64,000 bases of DNA from Torpedo marmorata (GCA_977017645.1 OZ360239.1:10912001-10976000); one strand, 5' to 3'. Positions 12,262-25,061 are shown, counted from the first letter of the stretch. Notes: a model not told the origin generated them from the sequence alone. Translations and numbers: made by a program.

Positions 12262-13104
12262 ATGGCGGACGGATTTAGACGGCCCGACCCAATCGTGTTT
12301 GAAGGAAATGTGGCAGAGAACTGGCGCGTCTTTGAGCAGGAATATGACACATTTATTGCGGCAGCGCACAGCAACAAGTCTGCCCGCACGAGAGCATACA
12401 TTTTGTTGAATTTGGCGGGCCCGGAAGCCATTGAAAAGGAAACGGCGTTCGTATACTCAGACGAAGTGCGCGGCGAAGGGGGCCTCGTTACCAGCCCGGC
12501 TGAGTCAAGAGAGGACCCCGAATTTTTAAAACGCAAATTTAGAGAAATGTGCAATCCACAGCGAAACGTAATGATGGAACAGCACAAGTTTAACTGCAGA
12601 AACCAAAAGCCTGCCGAGTCAATTAACTCATACGTCAGCAATTTGAGAATCAGGGCAAAGACCTATAATTTCGGTACGCTCCGCGAAGAATTAATTAAAG
12701 ACAGAATGGTCTGTGGCATTCGTGATGACGGTATGTGGAAGGTGCTCCTGCGCGACAACGAATTAACGCCAGCAAAGGCCATCTATACCTGTCTGGCGTA
12801 CAAAGCCACCGAGGAAGACAGCAGAAAGTTGGCCTCTCCACAGCAGCAGGCCATGAGCATCGACGCGATCCAAGCGGGACCGGCAAACAGACAGTGGCTG
12901 GAGGCCAGAAGAAAGAGCCAGTCAGGCTACCCCACACCCCCGTCCATGGCAGGATGCGGCAACTGCGGAGGCGACCACGTGGCGAGAAAAGAGATGTGCC
13001 CGGCATTCGGCCAGCAGTGCAGGACCTGCGGGAAGTGGAACCACTACAGCGATGCTGCAGATCCAGGCAGCAAACCAACACATGGACCAGACCCAGAAGG
13101 ATGA
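12262..13104 (+). pseudogene. Gypsy gag (frameshifted near its 3' end)
   Basis: CGNCGGDH..C and CRTCGKWNH motifs; ATG just downstream of the PBS. Confidence 0.85.
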
Positions 13105-15962
13105 TCAACCAGCTAGAGCCGGAACAAGAGGAAGACAACCCCGGTGAGGAGTACTATGTGGACAGGCTGACCCCGTGGACAGCAGACAACCCAGCAGAAA
13201 ACCGGATCAGAGGAAACAACGAGGCCTTCGTATCCATGAAAATCAATGGCAAGGTGGCGGAGGTGAAGGTAGACACAGGGACGAAGTGCAACGTCATGTC
13301 ACTGAAGATGTTCAACCGGCTAAAAAAAGTGGAACAAGTTAAACCATGTGGCAGATCAACGAGCCTGGTGGCGTACGGAGGCAGTAGAATCCAGACCAGC
13401 GGCACAGTGCGGCTCCAGTGCCATGTACAAGGACGGCTACACATACAAGCATTCTTCATGGTCCGTGAGGACGTTATGCCGCAGCTAGGCCTGAGCACGT
13501 GCATGGACATGGGACTCATCTCATTCAGCAGGGAGGTACACCAGATAAGCCCCTCCGAAGACGACTTGTCCCAGAAATTTTTTTCCGAATATAGCGAGCT
13601 TTTCACAGACGAACTGGGGAGGCTGCCGGTGACATACTCCATGCGGCTCGATCTGGAGGTGCGACCCATGGTGCGTCCAGCACACCACATTCCGGTGGCA
13701 ATGAAGGACAAGGTCAAGGCCGAGCTGGACAGAATGCAGGACTTGGGCGTAATCATTCCAGTCTCGGAACCGACCGAATGGGTGTCCTCCATGGTGGCCG
13801 CCAAGAAGAAAGACGGACAAGAAATCCCAATCTGCATAAACCCGCAAGACCTCAACACCGCCCTGAAGAGACCACATCACCCCATGCGCACCGTAGAAGA
13901 AGTGGCTGTGAACAAATGGTCGGTGCGATGGTATTTTCGGTCCTAGACGCGAAAAACTCGTTCTGGCAAGTCTCACTCAACTACAAATCGTCACTACTGA
14001 CCACGTTCAGCACTGGGTTCGGTCGATACATGTTCCTGCGGATGCCATTCAGGATCAATTCGACCAGTGAAGTATTCCAAAGGTCCATGGAGCAAATCTT
14101 CACCGGCTACCCCTTCGCCATCATAGTCGATGACATACTGGTGGGCGGAAAAACTCAAGACGAACACGACGAAAACTTAAAGAAGGTGCTCGACCGAGCA
14201 CGGAAAGTGAACCTGAGGGTCAACCCCCGGAAGTGCAGGTTCCGTAGGCCATGTGTTCACGAGCAAAGGCCTGAAGGCGGACCCTTCCAAAACAAAGGCC
14301 ATCAGCGAAATGCCGGTGCCAATGGACGTGGCAGCGCTGCAAAGATTCCTGGGCATGGTAAACTACCTGGGCAAGTTTATCCCCAAAACGAGCGAGCTGA
14401 CAGCTCCACTGAGGCAGCTGACGAACAACAGCAGAATGCGTTTGATGCTTTAAAAAGACACATGTCGTGCCCTCCAGTCCTGTCCTACTACGACGTACGA
14501 AGACCGCTGATGTTGACCTGCGATGCCTCGCAGTATAGCCTAGGTGCAGCATGCCTGCAAGATGGGAAACCAGTGGCATACGCCTCAAGGTCACTCACTG
14601 ACACGGGAACCAGGTACGCACCAATTTGAAAAATAAGTGTCACCTTTGGTGACAATACTGAACAAACCAATACATGTGGCGCCGGCGAGACTACAGCGAA
14701 TGACGCTCAGACTCCAGAAGTACAACATCACTCTGGTGCACAAGTGCGGTAAGGAAATGCACTTAGCCGATGCGCTCTCACGCGCCCCCATAAAATGCAC
14801 GGTACAGCAGGTCGAAGAAGAAGACAGTTACGATGTGATGACAGTTGCCCATGTATCCTCGGCCCGGCTGGATGAACTAAGAAAACACACAGTGGAAGAC
14901 GGCACTCTAAGTACCCTGGGCACCTTCATCAAGGCCGGCTGGCCGAACAAACAGCGCAGCCTGCCACAAGCCGTGCAACCCTACTTTCCCTTCTGTGACG
15001 AGCTACTCATTGACGAAGGGGTCGTAATGAAGGGCCAAAGAGCGGTAATCCCAAGCTCACTGCAGGACGCATATGTTGAAATCCTACACAGAGGACACCC
15101 AGGCGCGGAGGCGACCAAACAAAGGGCGAGGGACGTCGTTTTCTGGCCAGGCATGACAGAAGACATAGATCAAGGGGTGCAGGCTTGCTCGGTGTGCAAC
15201 AGCACTAAGCCACACCAACAGAAAGAGCCACTACAGCTCCACCCCGTACCAGACCTACCCTGTGGTCGCGGACATTTTCAAATGGCGAAGAGATCAATAC
15301 TTGGTACTAGTTGACTTGTACTCGGGATGGTTCGAGATAGACCTGCTGCGCGACGCAACCTCCTCCGCGGTCATTACAAAGTTGAAACGTCACTTCGCAG
15401 TGCATGGGATGCCTCACACTCTGCTATCAGACAATGGCAGACAGTTCACCAGTGAGAGAAATTTGCAACGGCATGGGATTTCACCCACATCACCAGTAGC
15501 CCAGAGTACCCACATTCAAACGGGCTGGCTGAGAGTGCTGTAAGAAGCGCAAAGCAGCTCATGGAGAAGTCTCACAGAGAAAAGACAGTCGTGTTCCTTA
15601 ACCTGCTAAACCTGAGGAACATCCCTCACGACACCACACTTGGCTCACCGGCTCAACGGTTAATGTCAAGGAAGACCAGAACGACTCTGCCGGTAGCAAG
15701 GAGGCTTCTGGAACCTCAACTAAGAGTCCCGCAAGAAGTCAAGGCCCAGCTGCTGAACAGGAGGCTTGTGCAAAAGAAATGGTATGATAGAACAAGTCGA
15801 CCGCTCGAGCCATTGGCAGAAGGGCAGGTCATAAGAATGCAGACTCCACAGGGTTACCACCGCTCGGGGATAGTCGAAAGGAGCTGCCAGGAACCCAGAT
15901 CATACCTAGTTCGTTCAGAGGGGAGGGTGTACAGAAGGACAGACCGCACATCCTCCCAGTAA
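13100..15962 (+). pseudogene. Gypsy pol (PR-RT-RH-IN) broken over several frames
   Basis: ORF pieces 12735-13946, 13778-14629, 14637-15314, 15262-15543 and 15561-15962 carry the domains in PR-RT-RH-IN order. Confidence 0.9.
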
Positions 15963-16717
15963 GGGAGCCACCCCCATCTCAGGCCAACCCCAGAGAGACT
16001 GTATACCAGGATTTGGAACGCGAACCTGAGATCGGCGGGACTCCCCCAGAAACCAACAGGGAGACAATGGACAATAAACACTCTCAGGACGAGGCACCCC
16101 AAGCCTCCACGTCCACAGAGGGCTACTACAGAACACGCTTTGGACGCATCTGTAAACCCAACCCGAAATATCAGGACTGAACTGGGTTGGCTGTTTGATC
16201 AATGTCTGCAAATGTTTAAAATTGGTTTGAACTGTAATATGTAAGGGGCCGCTCAAAAAAGGGGATGTAGACAGCCGCTCCCATCGGCTGCTCTACACCC
16301 GCTGCAATCGCGTTGCAGCCACCGTACTCGCAACAGCGCATTACGCATGCGCGAGCTCGGTGAGGGCGGGTTAGTTTAAATTGAGTACTTGCAGAGAGCA
16401 GACGCCCACCTGCTGGGCTCTCTCTCTCTCTCCCTCTGTGGCTATGTTCAGTAAACTGTTTGGTTAACATCACCTGCCGACTCGTCTCGTTACTCAGCAC
16501 GTACAAGAACAAACACCTCCTATGGACGCTGCGAGACCGGCTGAGTTCCTCCAGCATTTCTGTGTGTTTTTACTACAATCACAGTGTCTGCAGACTTTCA
16601 TGTTTCACTCTGTGGAGAAGGATATCCAATTATTCTTAGTACCCCTCCCCATTACAGTCTAGACATTTCCCTGCTCACAGAATGTTCCGGATGTTCCAGC
16701 TGCATGTTCGACAATAC

Positions 16718-16792
16718 CTGTTCTGCTCTCTCCAAGCTCTCCTTTTGTTCCAGCTGGTCGATCAGTGAAGTGATTTCCATGTCTCCTTCCAT
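16718..16792 (-). CDS. ANKRD2: Probable ANKRD2 coding exon 1: MEGDMEITSLIDQLEQKESLERAEQ
   Basis: ggcATGG start about 50 bp downstream of a TATA box; donor CAG|gtattg; peptide resembles human ANKRD2 ATALIEQRLAQEEE; lies downstream of UBTD1 on the same strand, as in human. Confidence 0.6.
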
Positions 16793-16819
16793 GCCCGTTC
16801 CTTTCTCGGTCTGTGCTGC

Positions 16820-17270
16820 AACCGCCTGCCTCCGCTGGCCTGCTTTATAGCCGTGAACTGTTGGCGTTGGGGAGGAGAGGAGGGGCGGGAGGCCGGCAGT
16901 GGCAGGGCTGGGAGTGTGCGAGAGGGGACGCAGGGAGGAGGCTTTGCCCGACCGTCACGCTGCCCGACAGGTGGGCCCTGACAATGCGTGGGACGGGGTC
17001 TGGCAACGTCACTGCTGGTCAGGATGGGGAGGAGAGGGCCAACTTTAGCAACCGGCGCTGATGTGCTGGGAATGCAATGGCTTAGAGGTCATTCAGCAAG
17101 CTCACTGCCACGGCGAGGTGTATGTGATTTTGCATCAAAAGGACACACACAATGAGCCCTTGTAAATCATGGAAGTAGCCCAGACAGGCAGATGACACAA
17201 AGGTCCAGGCATGTGGAATATGAGTGACTGAGGTTGAGCGATCGGAACGGGAGGAGGAATGTGGAGATTA
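16820..17270 (-). promoter_or_regulatory. Putative muscle-type TATA promoter of ANKRD2
   Basis: TATAAA (minus) 16844-16849, GC box 16882-16889, E-box CAGGTG 16968-16973, MCAT/TEAD GGAATG at 17069-17074 and 17256-17261; non-repetitive and GC-rich. Confidence 0.55.
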
Positions 17271-17435
17271 CAGTTTAATTTGTGGAGCTCGTGCCCTGAC
17301 AGAGAGTCGACACTAAACTCTCCACAGCAGCTTGCCAACCCCCACTTCGATTGAATCAGAATTTATTGACATGAACATGTCATGAAATTCGTTGTTTTTG
17401 TGGCAGCATCACAGTGCAAACATTGCTACAAATCA

Positions 17436-17951
17436 CCGTATATAATCGTGTCATCAACGAATTTTTTGTACCACTTTTTCGGGCCAAATTTGGGGGGTTG
17501 ACTTTTACATGGGTCATACTTTTGACCGTGGTAAGTACCTGCGTTATTCAAGGCGTCTGGAGCTCGGATGGCCGGGACCGGGTGGTAAGTCCGCGTTCGG
17601 GATGTCGGGAGCTTGGAGTGGCGGGCGGTCGGGGTGTAGGAGAGAGTTTGTGGCCGGGACGTTTGGGGATTCGATGGCCGGGGCGAGGGTCTGCGGTCGG
17701 GGCGTCGGGAGCTCGGGTGGGCGGGCGGCCGGGGTGAGGATCCGCGGTCAGGTGTTCGGATGGGCGGGCAGTCAGGGCGTTGGGAGCTCGGATGGGTGGG
17801 TGCCCAGGGTGTCGGGAGCTCCGGTGGGAGGGCGGTCGGATCCAAGAATAAGGGGAAGGGGTGGTCGACTTTTACACTGGTCATATGGAAAATACCCAAT
17901 GTTTGAGCCAAAAAAAGGGGGGGGGGTCGACTATTACACGAGTATATACGG
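17436..17951. mobile_element. Tc2-like MITE (CCGTA...TACGG termini)
   Basis: TIRs CCGTATATAATCGTG / CACGAGTATATACGG, TA-type target; interrupts a Rex1 tail. Confidence 0.75.
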
Positions 17952-18029
17952 TACATTTCAAAAATAAATCAACAGTGCAAGAAAATAGGAGAAAGTGAGG
18001 TAGTGTCTGGTTCATTGTCCATTCAGAAA

Positions 18030-18600
18030 TCTCAGAATCAGAATTTATTGTCATGAACAAGTCATGAAATTCGGTGTTTTGCGGCAGCATCATAGTGCAA
18101 ACATTCATATTATAACCATCTTACGACATTACTATAAATATATATAAATAATAGTGCACGAAAAGTAAGGCAGTGTCTTTGGTTCATTGATTATTCAGGA
18201 ATCTGATGGCAGCGGGGAAGAAGCTGTCCTTGTGCCGTTGAGTGCTCGACTTTAGGCTCCTGTACCTTTTTCCTGATGGTAGCAGAGTGAAGATGGCATG
18301 GCCTGGGTGGTGGGGGTCTTTGAGGACAGATTCTGCTTTTTTAAGACACCGTCTCGTGTTGATGTTCTCGATGGAGTGAAGTTTGGTGCCTGTGATGTCA
18401 CAGGCCGAGTTAACAACCCTCTGGAGTTTATTCTTGTCTTGAGATTTGGCGCCTCCATACCAGGCAGTGATGCAACCAGCCAGAATGCTCTCCACGGTAC
18501 ACCTGTAGAAGTTTACGAGAGTCTTCGGTGACATACCGAATCTCCTCAGACACCTCACAAAGTATAGCCGCTGACGAGCCTTCTTTGTGATTGCATCAAC
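18030..18600 (-). mobile_element. Rex1-type LINE 3' fragment
   Basis: ORF 18184-18558 FYRCTVESILAGCITAWYG..LLPSGKRYR; near-identical to the copy at 47440-48075. Confidence 0.85.
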
Positions 18601-19209
18601 GTGATGGCAGAGGGGACAAGCTGTCCTTGTGCTGCTGGATGTTCGTCTTCAGGCTCCTGTACCTCCATCCTGATGGTAGCAGTGTGAAGGGGGCATGGCC
18701 TGGGTGGTGGGGGTCCTTGAGGATAGAAAATAATCTTTAATCTTTCCAGAGGATGGGTGGTAGGTACACCTTGGGCCAAACGGAAAGGAAACTGGCAGGT
18801 CATGGAGGCGGATATCACAGAGGGCACCGGGGACGGGGAGCGAGGGTCTTCTGCAGAATGATCTTGCCCCCCGAACATGGAGCTCTCCCCCGCAGTGAGG
18901 GGTGGGGGTGGACAGTCTCGATGTGTTTCGGGGAACTTATCTCTGGAGTTCCCATCTATGCACCTGTCTAAAGGTCTTTTAAACATTACAATTGTCCCCC
19001 ACGTCTACCCCTTCCTCGGGCAGCTCGTTCCACACACCCACCACCCTCTGTGTGAAGAAGGTGCCCCTCAGGTTCCTTCCAAATGTACGAGGGTTGTCAG
19101 TTAATTGGGATATTTGGGTGGCACAGGCTCGTGAAGTGCCTGTTACCATGTTCAAAATTTAAAGTTAAAAGAAAAATTTAAAAATCTTTCCCCTCTCCAC
19201 TTTAAATCT

Positions 19210-19561
19210 CTTTCCAATATTTTATTGATTTTTTTTATATATATATATATATATATATGCTCATACATAGGTAATAACAAGAATATATATCCAACAAAGT
19301 AAACGTATATTAACAAATAGCTGTAAACAACCTATGAAAGACAAAAAAAACAAAATGTATATAAAACAAAAACAACTCTAATAATCTAACCCCTCCCTTG
19401 TGAAGTTATGATTAAACATATATGGTCCATTAATGCATGAAAGAAAGAACAATCAAACCATAAAATGGGATCCAATAATCTTATAAATTCTGAAAATAAT
19501 TAAGGAAAGGACCCCATAAATTTAGAAAATTAAGGTTCATTACATTAGTAGAGCATCTGAT
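19210..19561 (-). mobile_element. Short L1 3' end with (TA)n, inserted in a CR1 remnant
   Basis: 13-bp TSD CCACTT(T/A)AAATCT at 19197-19209 and 19562-19574; TTTATT poly(A) signal on the minus strand. Confidence 0.7.
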
Positions 19562-20184
19562 CCACTTAAAATCTAAGTCCTCTATTTTTAAATTCCCCTA
19601 CGCTGGGATAAAGACTGCCACCATTCTCTTTATCCACGCCCCTCACGATTTTATAAACCTCAATAAGGTCCCCCCTAAGCGTCCTACACTCCAGGGAGAA
19701 AAGACCCAGCCCCTCCAGCTTCCACTTGTAACTCAAGTCCTCCAGTCCTGGCAACATCCTGGTGAACCTTTTCAACTTCAAGTTCATTATCATTTTACTC
19801 GACATACAACCAGACAAAACAGCGTTTCTCCGGACCACAGTGCACACACTCACACAGATAATACATGGTGCATAATGATTCATATACATAAAGATATAAT
19901 ATAAAATAAATATATATAAATATTTTGGAATAATTTACTCGTTTCATTTATAAAAGACCCAAGGTTACAGGATACTGTTCATCAATCTCACAGCCTGCGG
20001 GAAGAAGCTATTTCCCAGCCTGGTAGTCCTGATTTTGATGCTCCTGTATCTCCTTCCTGATGGTAGTAGGTTAAAGATACCGTGTGATGGATGGTAGGGA
20101 TCCTCAATAGTGCACGCTTTCCAGCTTCAAAGGTTCTTTTTATTGTCTGGTAATAATACATTAAAATGTAATATACATGATATA

Positions 20185-20365
20185 CAGTAAGTCCTTGAAT
20201 AACATCGTTTTGTTCAACGTCGTTTTGTTATAACGCAGATGAGAAAAAAAATAAAATAAAATACGACAGTATTTTACCAGGATATAAAATTGGTTTTGTT
20301 TAATGTCATTTCACTTAAAGTAGCATTTTCCAAGAACATATCAACAACGTTACGAGGATCTGCTG
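20185..20365. mobile_element. Tigger/pogo-like MITE
   Basis: CAGTAAGTCCT..AAC / GTTACGAGGATCTGCTG termini with internal palindromes. Confidence 0.55.
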
Positions 20366-21179
20366 TGCTTCAACTTACATCTGCTATAAGGCATACAAAG
20401 AGCCACCATGATAATCGCCCAGCGCCCCTCGCAAAAGGGGAAAGAGAAGCAAAAGAGAGTCCCTTCAGAGTCACTGAGCGTCCGTGGATTCACCTCCAGC
20501 GCTCCCCCAGCCTCTGCAGCCGCACAGACTCCTGTTCAATCCATCGGCAACCCGAGCTCCAGATCCAAACTTCTGACACGATCAGGAAGCCTGAGGCCCT
20601 TCCGGAACCCTTCGCCCTCAGCACCCTCTCGAATCCCGGTTCTGATACCTGGTGCCCATGAGCCAGTCTCCAGCAGCCTGCAACCTGTGCAGGTCCCCCG
20701 ACCGCAAGTCGCTTCAGGGAACTATGTAATTTTTGTGTGTTTTAATATCTAAGGGTGAAAGGGGAAATGTTAAAAGAGGGCATGAGGGGGAACTTCTTCA
20801 CACAGAGAGTGGTGGGAGTGTGGAACGAGCTGCCAGCTGAGGTGGTGAATGCGGGCTCAATTTTAACATTTAAGAAAAATTTGGTCAGGTACATGGATGG
20901 GAGGGATATGGTCTGGGTGCAGGTCGATGGGACTGGGCAGAAAAATGGTTCGGCACAGAGTCAAAGGGCCGAAGGGCCTGTTTCTGTGCTGTAGTGTTCT
21001 ATGGTTCTTTGAAAATACATGATAAAAAAACATTTAACACAACGTCATTGAGGTTCTGGCCTGGGATTCAAGTTCATGTTTATTGTCTCTTGTAACGAGG
21101 TACAGTGTGTTTGCTGAGGGATCAATGAAGGCAGAGCCTCACAGGGCAAGACCTTGGTTCCAATGGCCAGCTGAACTGG

Positions 21180-21315
21180 GTCATCCCGGCCAGCTGGTGG
21201 CGCCGTTGGCAACAGGCCCCGCGTCGCTCTTGCTGCTCTCTCGTTGGTGCGCGGCCTCCACGATGGCGGCGCCCTGTGCTTCGCGGATGCGGCTGGTGTC
21301 CTTCGCGGAATCAGG
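21180..21315 (+). promoter_or_regulatory. CpG-rich candidate promoter/first exon of the zinc-finger gene
   Basis: Local CpG cluster, GATGGCGGCG (YY1-like/uATG) at 21262-21271, possible donor CAGG|GTGGGA at 21315/21316. Confidence 0.45.
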
Positions 21316-21454
21316 GTGGGAAACGGGCAACTTTAAAATCAACTGCGGAGAGATTAAAGGAGGGATGGGGGGGGAGAGGGAGGGGAGGATGGGGGGGAAG
21401 AGAGGGAGGATGGGGAGGGGGAGAGAGGGAGGATTGGGGGGAGGGGTGGGGGAG

Positions 21455-22595
21455 TGAGGGGTTCAGGGTGGAGGAGGGGTTCAGGGTGGAGGAGGGGTGG
21501 GGGAGTGAGGGGTTCAGGGTGGAGGAGGGGTGGGGGAGTGAGGGGTTCAGGGTGGAGGAGGGGTTCAGGGTGGAGGAGGGGTTCAGGGAGGAGGAGGGGT
21601 GGGGGAGTGAGGGGTTCAGGGTGGAGGAGGGGTGGGGGATGGGGTTCAGGGTGGAGGAGGGGTGGGTGGTGGGGTTCAGGGTGGAGGAGGGGTGGGGGAG
21701 TGAGGGGTTCAGGGTGGAGGAGGGGTGGGGATGGGGTTCAGGGTGGAGGAGGGGTGGGTGGTGGGGTTCAGGGTGGAGGAGGGGTGGGGGTGGGGTTCAG
21801 GGTGGAGGAGGGGTGGGGGAGTGAGGGGTTCAGGGTGGAGGAGGGGTGGGGGATGAGGGGTTCAGGGTTGGAGGAGGGGTGGGGGATGAGGGGTTCAGGG
21901 TTGGAGGAGGGGTGGGGAGTGAGGGGTTCAGGGTGGAGGAGGGGTGGGGGATGAGGGGTTCAGGGTTGGAGGAGGGGTGGGGGATGAGGGGTTCAGGGTT
22001 GAGGAGGGGTGGGGAGTGAGGGGTTCAGGGTGGAGGAGGGGTGGGGGATGAGGGGTTCAGGGTTGGAGGAGGGGTGGGGGATGAGGGGTTCAGGGTTGAG
22101 GAGGGGTGGGGGAGTGAGGGGTTCAGGGTGGAGGAGGGGTGGGGGATGAGGGGTTCAGGGTTGGAGGAGGGGTGGGGGATGAGGGGTTCAGGGTTGAGGA
22201 GGGGTGGGGGATGAGGGGTTCAGGGTTGGAGGAGGGGTGGGGATGAGGGGTTCAGGGTTGAGGAGGGGTGGGGGAGTGAGGGGTTCAGGGTGGAGGAGGG
22301 GTGGGGGAGTGTGGGTTCAGGGTTGGAGGAGGGGTGGGGGATGAGGGGTTCAGGGTTGGAGGGATGGGCGAGTGTGGGTTCAGGGTTGAGGAGGGGTGGG
22401 GGGGTGAGGGGTTCAGGGTTGAGGAGGGGTGGGTGAGTGAGGGGTTCAGGGTGGAGGAGGGGTGGGGAGTGAGGGGTGGGGGATGAGGGGTTCAGGGTTG
22501 GAGGGGTGGGGGATGAGGGGTTCAGGGTTGAGGAGGGTTGGGGATGAGGGGTTCAGGGTTGAGGAGGGGTGGGGGGTGAGGGTATCAGGGTTGGG
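21455..22595. repeat. G-rich minisatellite, unit about 33 bp (GAGGGGTTCAGGGT(T/G)GAGGAGGGGTGGGGGA(G)T)
   Basis: About 35 imperfect head-to-tail units with extreme G skew. Confidence 0.95.
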
Positions 22596-23204
22596 TGCAA
22601 GGGTACACGTTTGCAGCTTTAATGCAAAACTTCCCAAGAATTGCATTCTGTTGTTTCCATATTTAAGAGTTTTTTAATTTTTATCCATTCTCGTGCCAAT
22701 TTTTTTAAATTTCAAAGTTTATGCAGGGGTTCTTCACGGAGAAACAGTCAGGCTTAGAAACCTGGGATGCTACTCCTTGGAGTTGAGAAGGATGAGGGGA
22801 GATCATATTGAGACATAAAATTACAAAAGGAATGGAACGATAGAAGCAGGGAAGTTGCTTCCACTGGCAGGTGAGACTAGAAGTCAATATTCAGGGGAGT
22901 AGATTTAAAACAGATGAGGAGAGTAGTCAATCTTTGGAATTCTCTGTCGAAGGATGGTACACAAGGGCACAGTGTTCCATTGAGCTATTCAGAGCATCAC
23001 AATGCAAAGACCCAAAATCTGCACAAATTCTCCAGGATAATGAATGACGCAAGAATGACGGGATGATTCTGATTCAAGGTTATTTCAGGCAAACTTTGCA
23101 ACCCCATATTCACACTGGTTTGGGTCATTTCCTTAACAACTACGGAGAGAAGTGCCAGTGCGCCTGTGGCCACTCCTCAAGACAGATGTTTCTCCCAAAG
23201 TGGA

Positions 23205-23780
23205 ATCAGAATTTATTGTCATGAACATGTGTCATGAAATTTGTTGTTTTGCGGCAGCAGTATTGTGAATTACACGTGCAGAAATTGCTATAGATTACAT
23301 TGCCAAATACATTAAGAAAAATAAATTAGTGCAGAAGAAGAGAAAGTGAGGTTGTGTCTGTGGTTCATTGTCCGTTCAGAAATCTGATGGCGGAGGGGAA
23401 GAAGCTTTTTCTGTACCGTTGGGTGTTCGTCTTCAGGCTCCTGTACCTCCTTCCTGATGGTATTAGTGTGAAGAGGGCATGGCCTGGGTGGTGAGGGTCC
23501 TTGAGGATTGAGGCTGCTTTCTGGAGACACCACCTCTTGTAGATGTCCTCACTGGAGTGAAGACTGATGCCCATGATGGCGTTGGCTGAGTTTGCAACCC
23601 TCCGTAGCCTTTTCCTGTCCTGTGCATTGGCATCTCCATACCAGACAGTGATGCAACCAGCCAGAATGCTCTCCACAGTACACCTTTTGAAATTTGGTGT
23701 AGAGTCTTTGATGACGTACCAAATCTTCTCAAACTCCTCACGAAGTACAGCCGCTGGCGAGCCTTCTTCAAGATTGCATC
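23205..23780 (-). mobile_element. Rex1-type LINE 3' fragment (an opposite-strand tail follows at about 23955-24245)
   Basis: ORFs 23365-23676 and 23463-23771 (KKARQRLYF, LIPSGRRYR). Confidence 0.85.
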
Positions 23781-24516
23781 GACCAGGACCTGCCCAGAGT
23801 ACTTTGGAAAATTATCACCAAAGCATCTATTTTACCTTCCGCCATTTCTTTCAGTCCCCTGGGATCCACTCCTTCAAGACCAGAGGACTTATCTGCCTTT
23901 AAACCCACTAGTTCGCTCAGCACTACCTCTTTAGTGATAGCGATTGTAAGCAGCCTCTATCCTCAAGGATCCCCACCACCCAGGCCATGCCCTCTTCACT
24001 CTGCTACCATCGGGAAAAAGGTACAGGATCCTAAAGACGAGCACTCAACGGCACAAGGACAGCTTCTTCCCCTCTGCCATCAGATTCCTGAATGATCAAT
24101 GAACCAGACACTGCCTTACTTTGACTTTTTCTTGCACTATTTTTATTTATTTTTGTAAGGTGGTTTATATAAATGTTTGCACTGTGATGCTGCTGCAAAA
24201 CAATGAATTTCGTGACATGTTCATGACAATAAATTCTGATTCTGAGGTCCTCACCTCCTGTCGCATCCTTAACAACACTTTGGTACATTAGATATGTCTT
24301 CCACTGTGAAGACTAAAGTTGTGTGGATTCCTTGTTCACTGACCTGAAGGATTGTTTCTCCACAGATTCTGCCTGATCTGCTGAGTATCCCCACTGTTGG
24401 CCTTTGTGTTGGACGCCGAGCATCTGCAGTGGATTGCTTTTGTCTGAGAGAAGGTGGATGAGAGATCAGGCTGCTTGCTTTGCCCTGAACCGGATCTCTT
24501 CCAGCCGCTGACCCAG

Positions 24517-24820
24517 ATGGAGGCCGCTGAGCACTCGTTGACAACAGCGCCTGAGCAGAGCACGGCCGGTGAGACAAGCCCGCACGATGCCGGCAACTTC
24601 GCCTCTGTCCCGGCAACGGCACAAGCTGAGAATGGAGTCCCCGCAGCGGGCAACCCAATGCGCGCCCACCCTTTGCCTCCAGGCGTCCAGACTCCAGACA
24701 CGGAACCAACCGCTGACTGCTCCTCCCTGCCAGGCGTTCCGGAGGGAGCAGCTTCTGGGAATGATCGGGTTCCTGGAGTGCCAGCAGCTGCCACTGCTCA
24801 AAGTCTGGAGCTGGCAAAAG
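24517..24820 (+). CDS. C2H2 zinc-finger gene, first coding exon (MEAAEHSLTTAPEQ...SLELAK)
   Basis: cagATGG start; donor AAG|gtaagg, phase 1, matching the next exon; the upstream acceptor (24365 or 24504) is uncertain. Confidence 0.65.
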
Positions 24821-25061
24821 GTAAGGATACAGCATGTGGTCATAGCGGCAAGCGAAATGTCGCCTGTTCAAAGAAACTGGGTTTTGTGAATGTGAGAAAT
24901 GTTTGTGACTGGGACCTGCATTGAAGGGTGGTGCTTTACCGTCTTCCAGAGATGATAACCTACACTGAAAACATTCCATTTCCATTTCTTTCAGTATGAA
25001 AGCAGCACTTTGGTCCAACTTGCCCATGCCAACCAAGTTGACTACCTGAGCTACTCCCATT

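Larger units (their letters stand above)
11925..16515 (+). mobile_element. Full-length, defective Gypsy/Ty3 LTR retrotransposon
   Basis: LTRs 11925-12167 and 16266-16515 (TG..CA); 5-bp TSD CCTCC; PBS TGGTGTCAGAAGCGGGAT (tRNA-Leu-like) at 12168; PPT at 16255-16265; gag with Cys/His knuckles, protease VDTG, RT IVDD, RNase H CDAS, integrase HHCC and SDNG; several frameshifts. Confidence 0.97.

Noticed and set aside
21263-21315. MAAPCASRMRLVSFAESG as the N-terminus of the zinc-finger protein
   Set aside because: The phase-2 donor joined to the 24366 acceptor hits a stop after five codons, and the 24505 acceptor is out of phase; at most a uORF.
21276-22677. Gly/Arg/Trp-rich ORFs and a telomere-like signal
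   Set aside because: Translations of the G-rich minisatellite; no TTAGGG arrays.
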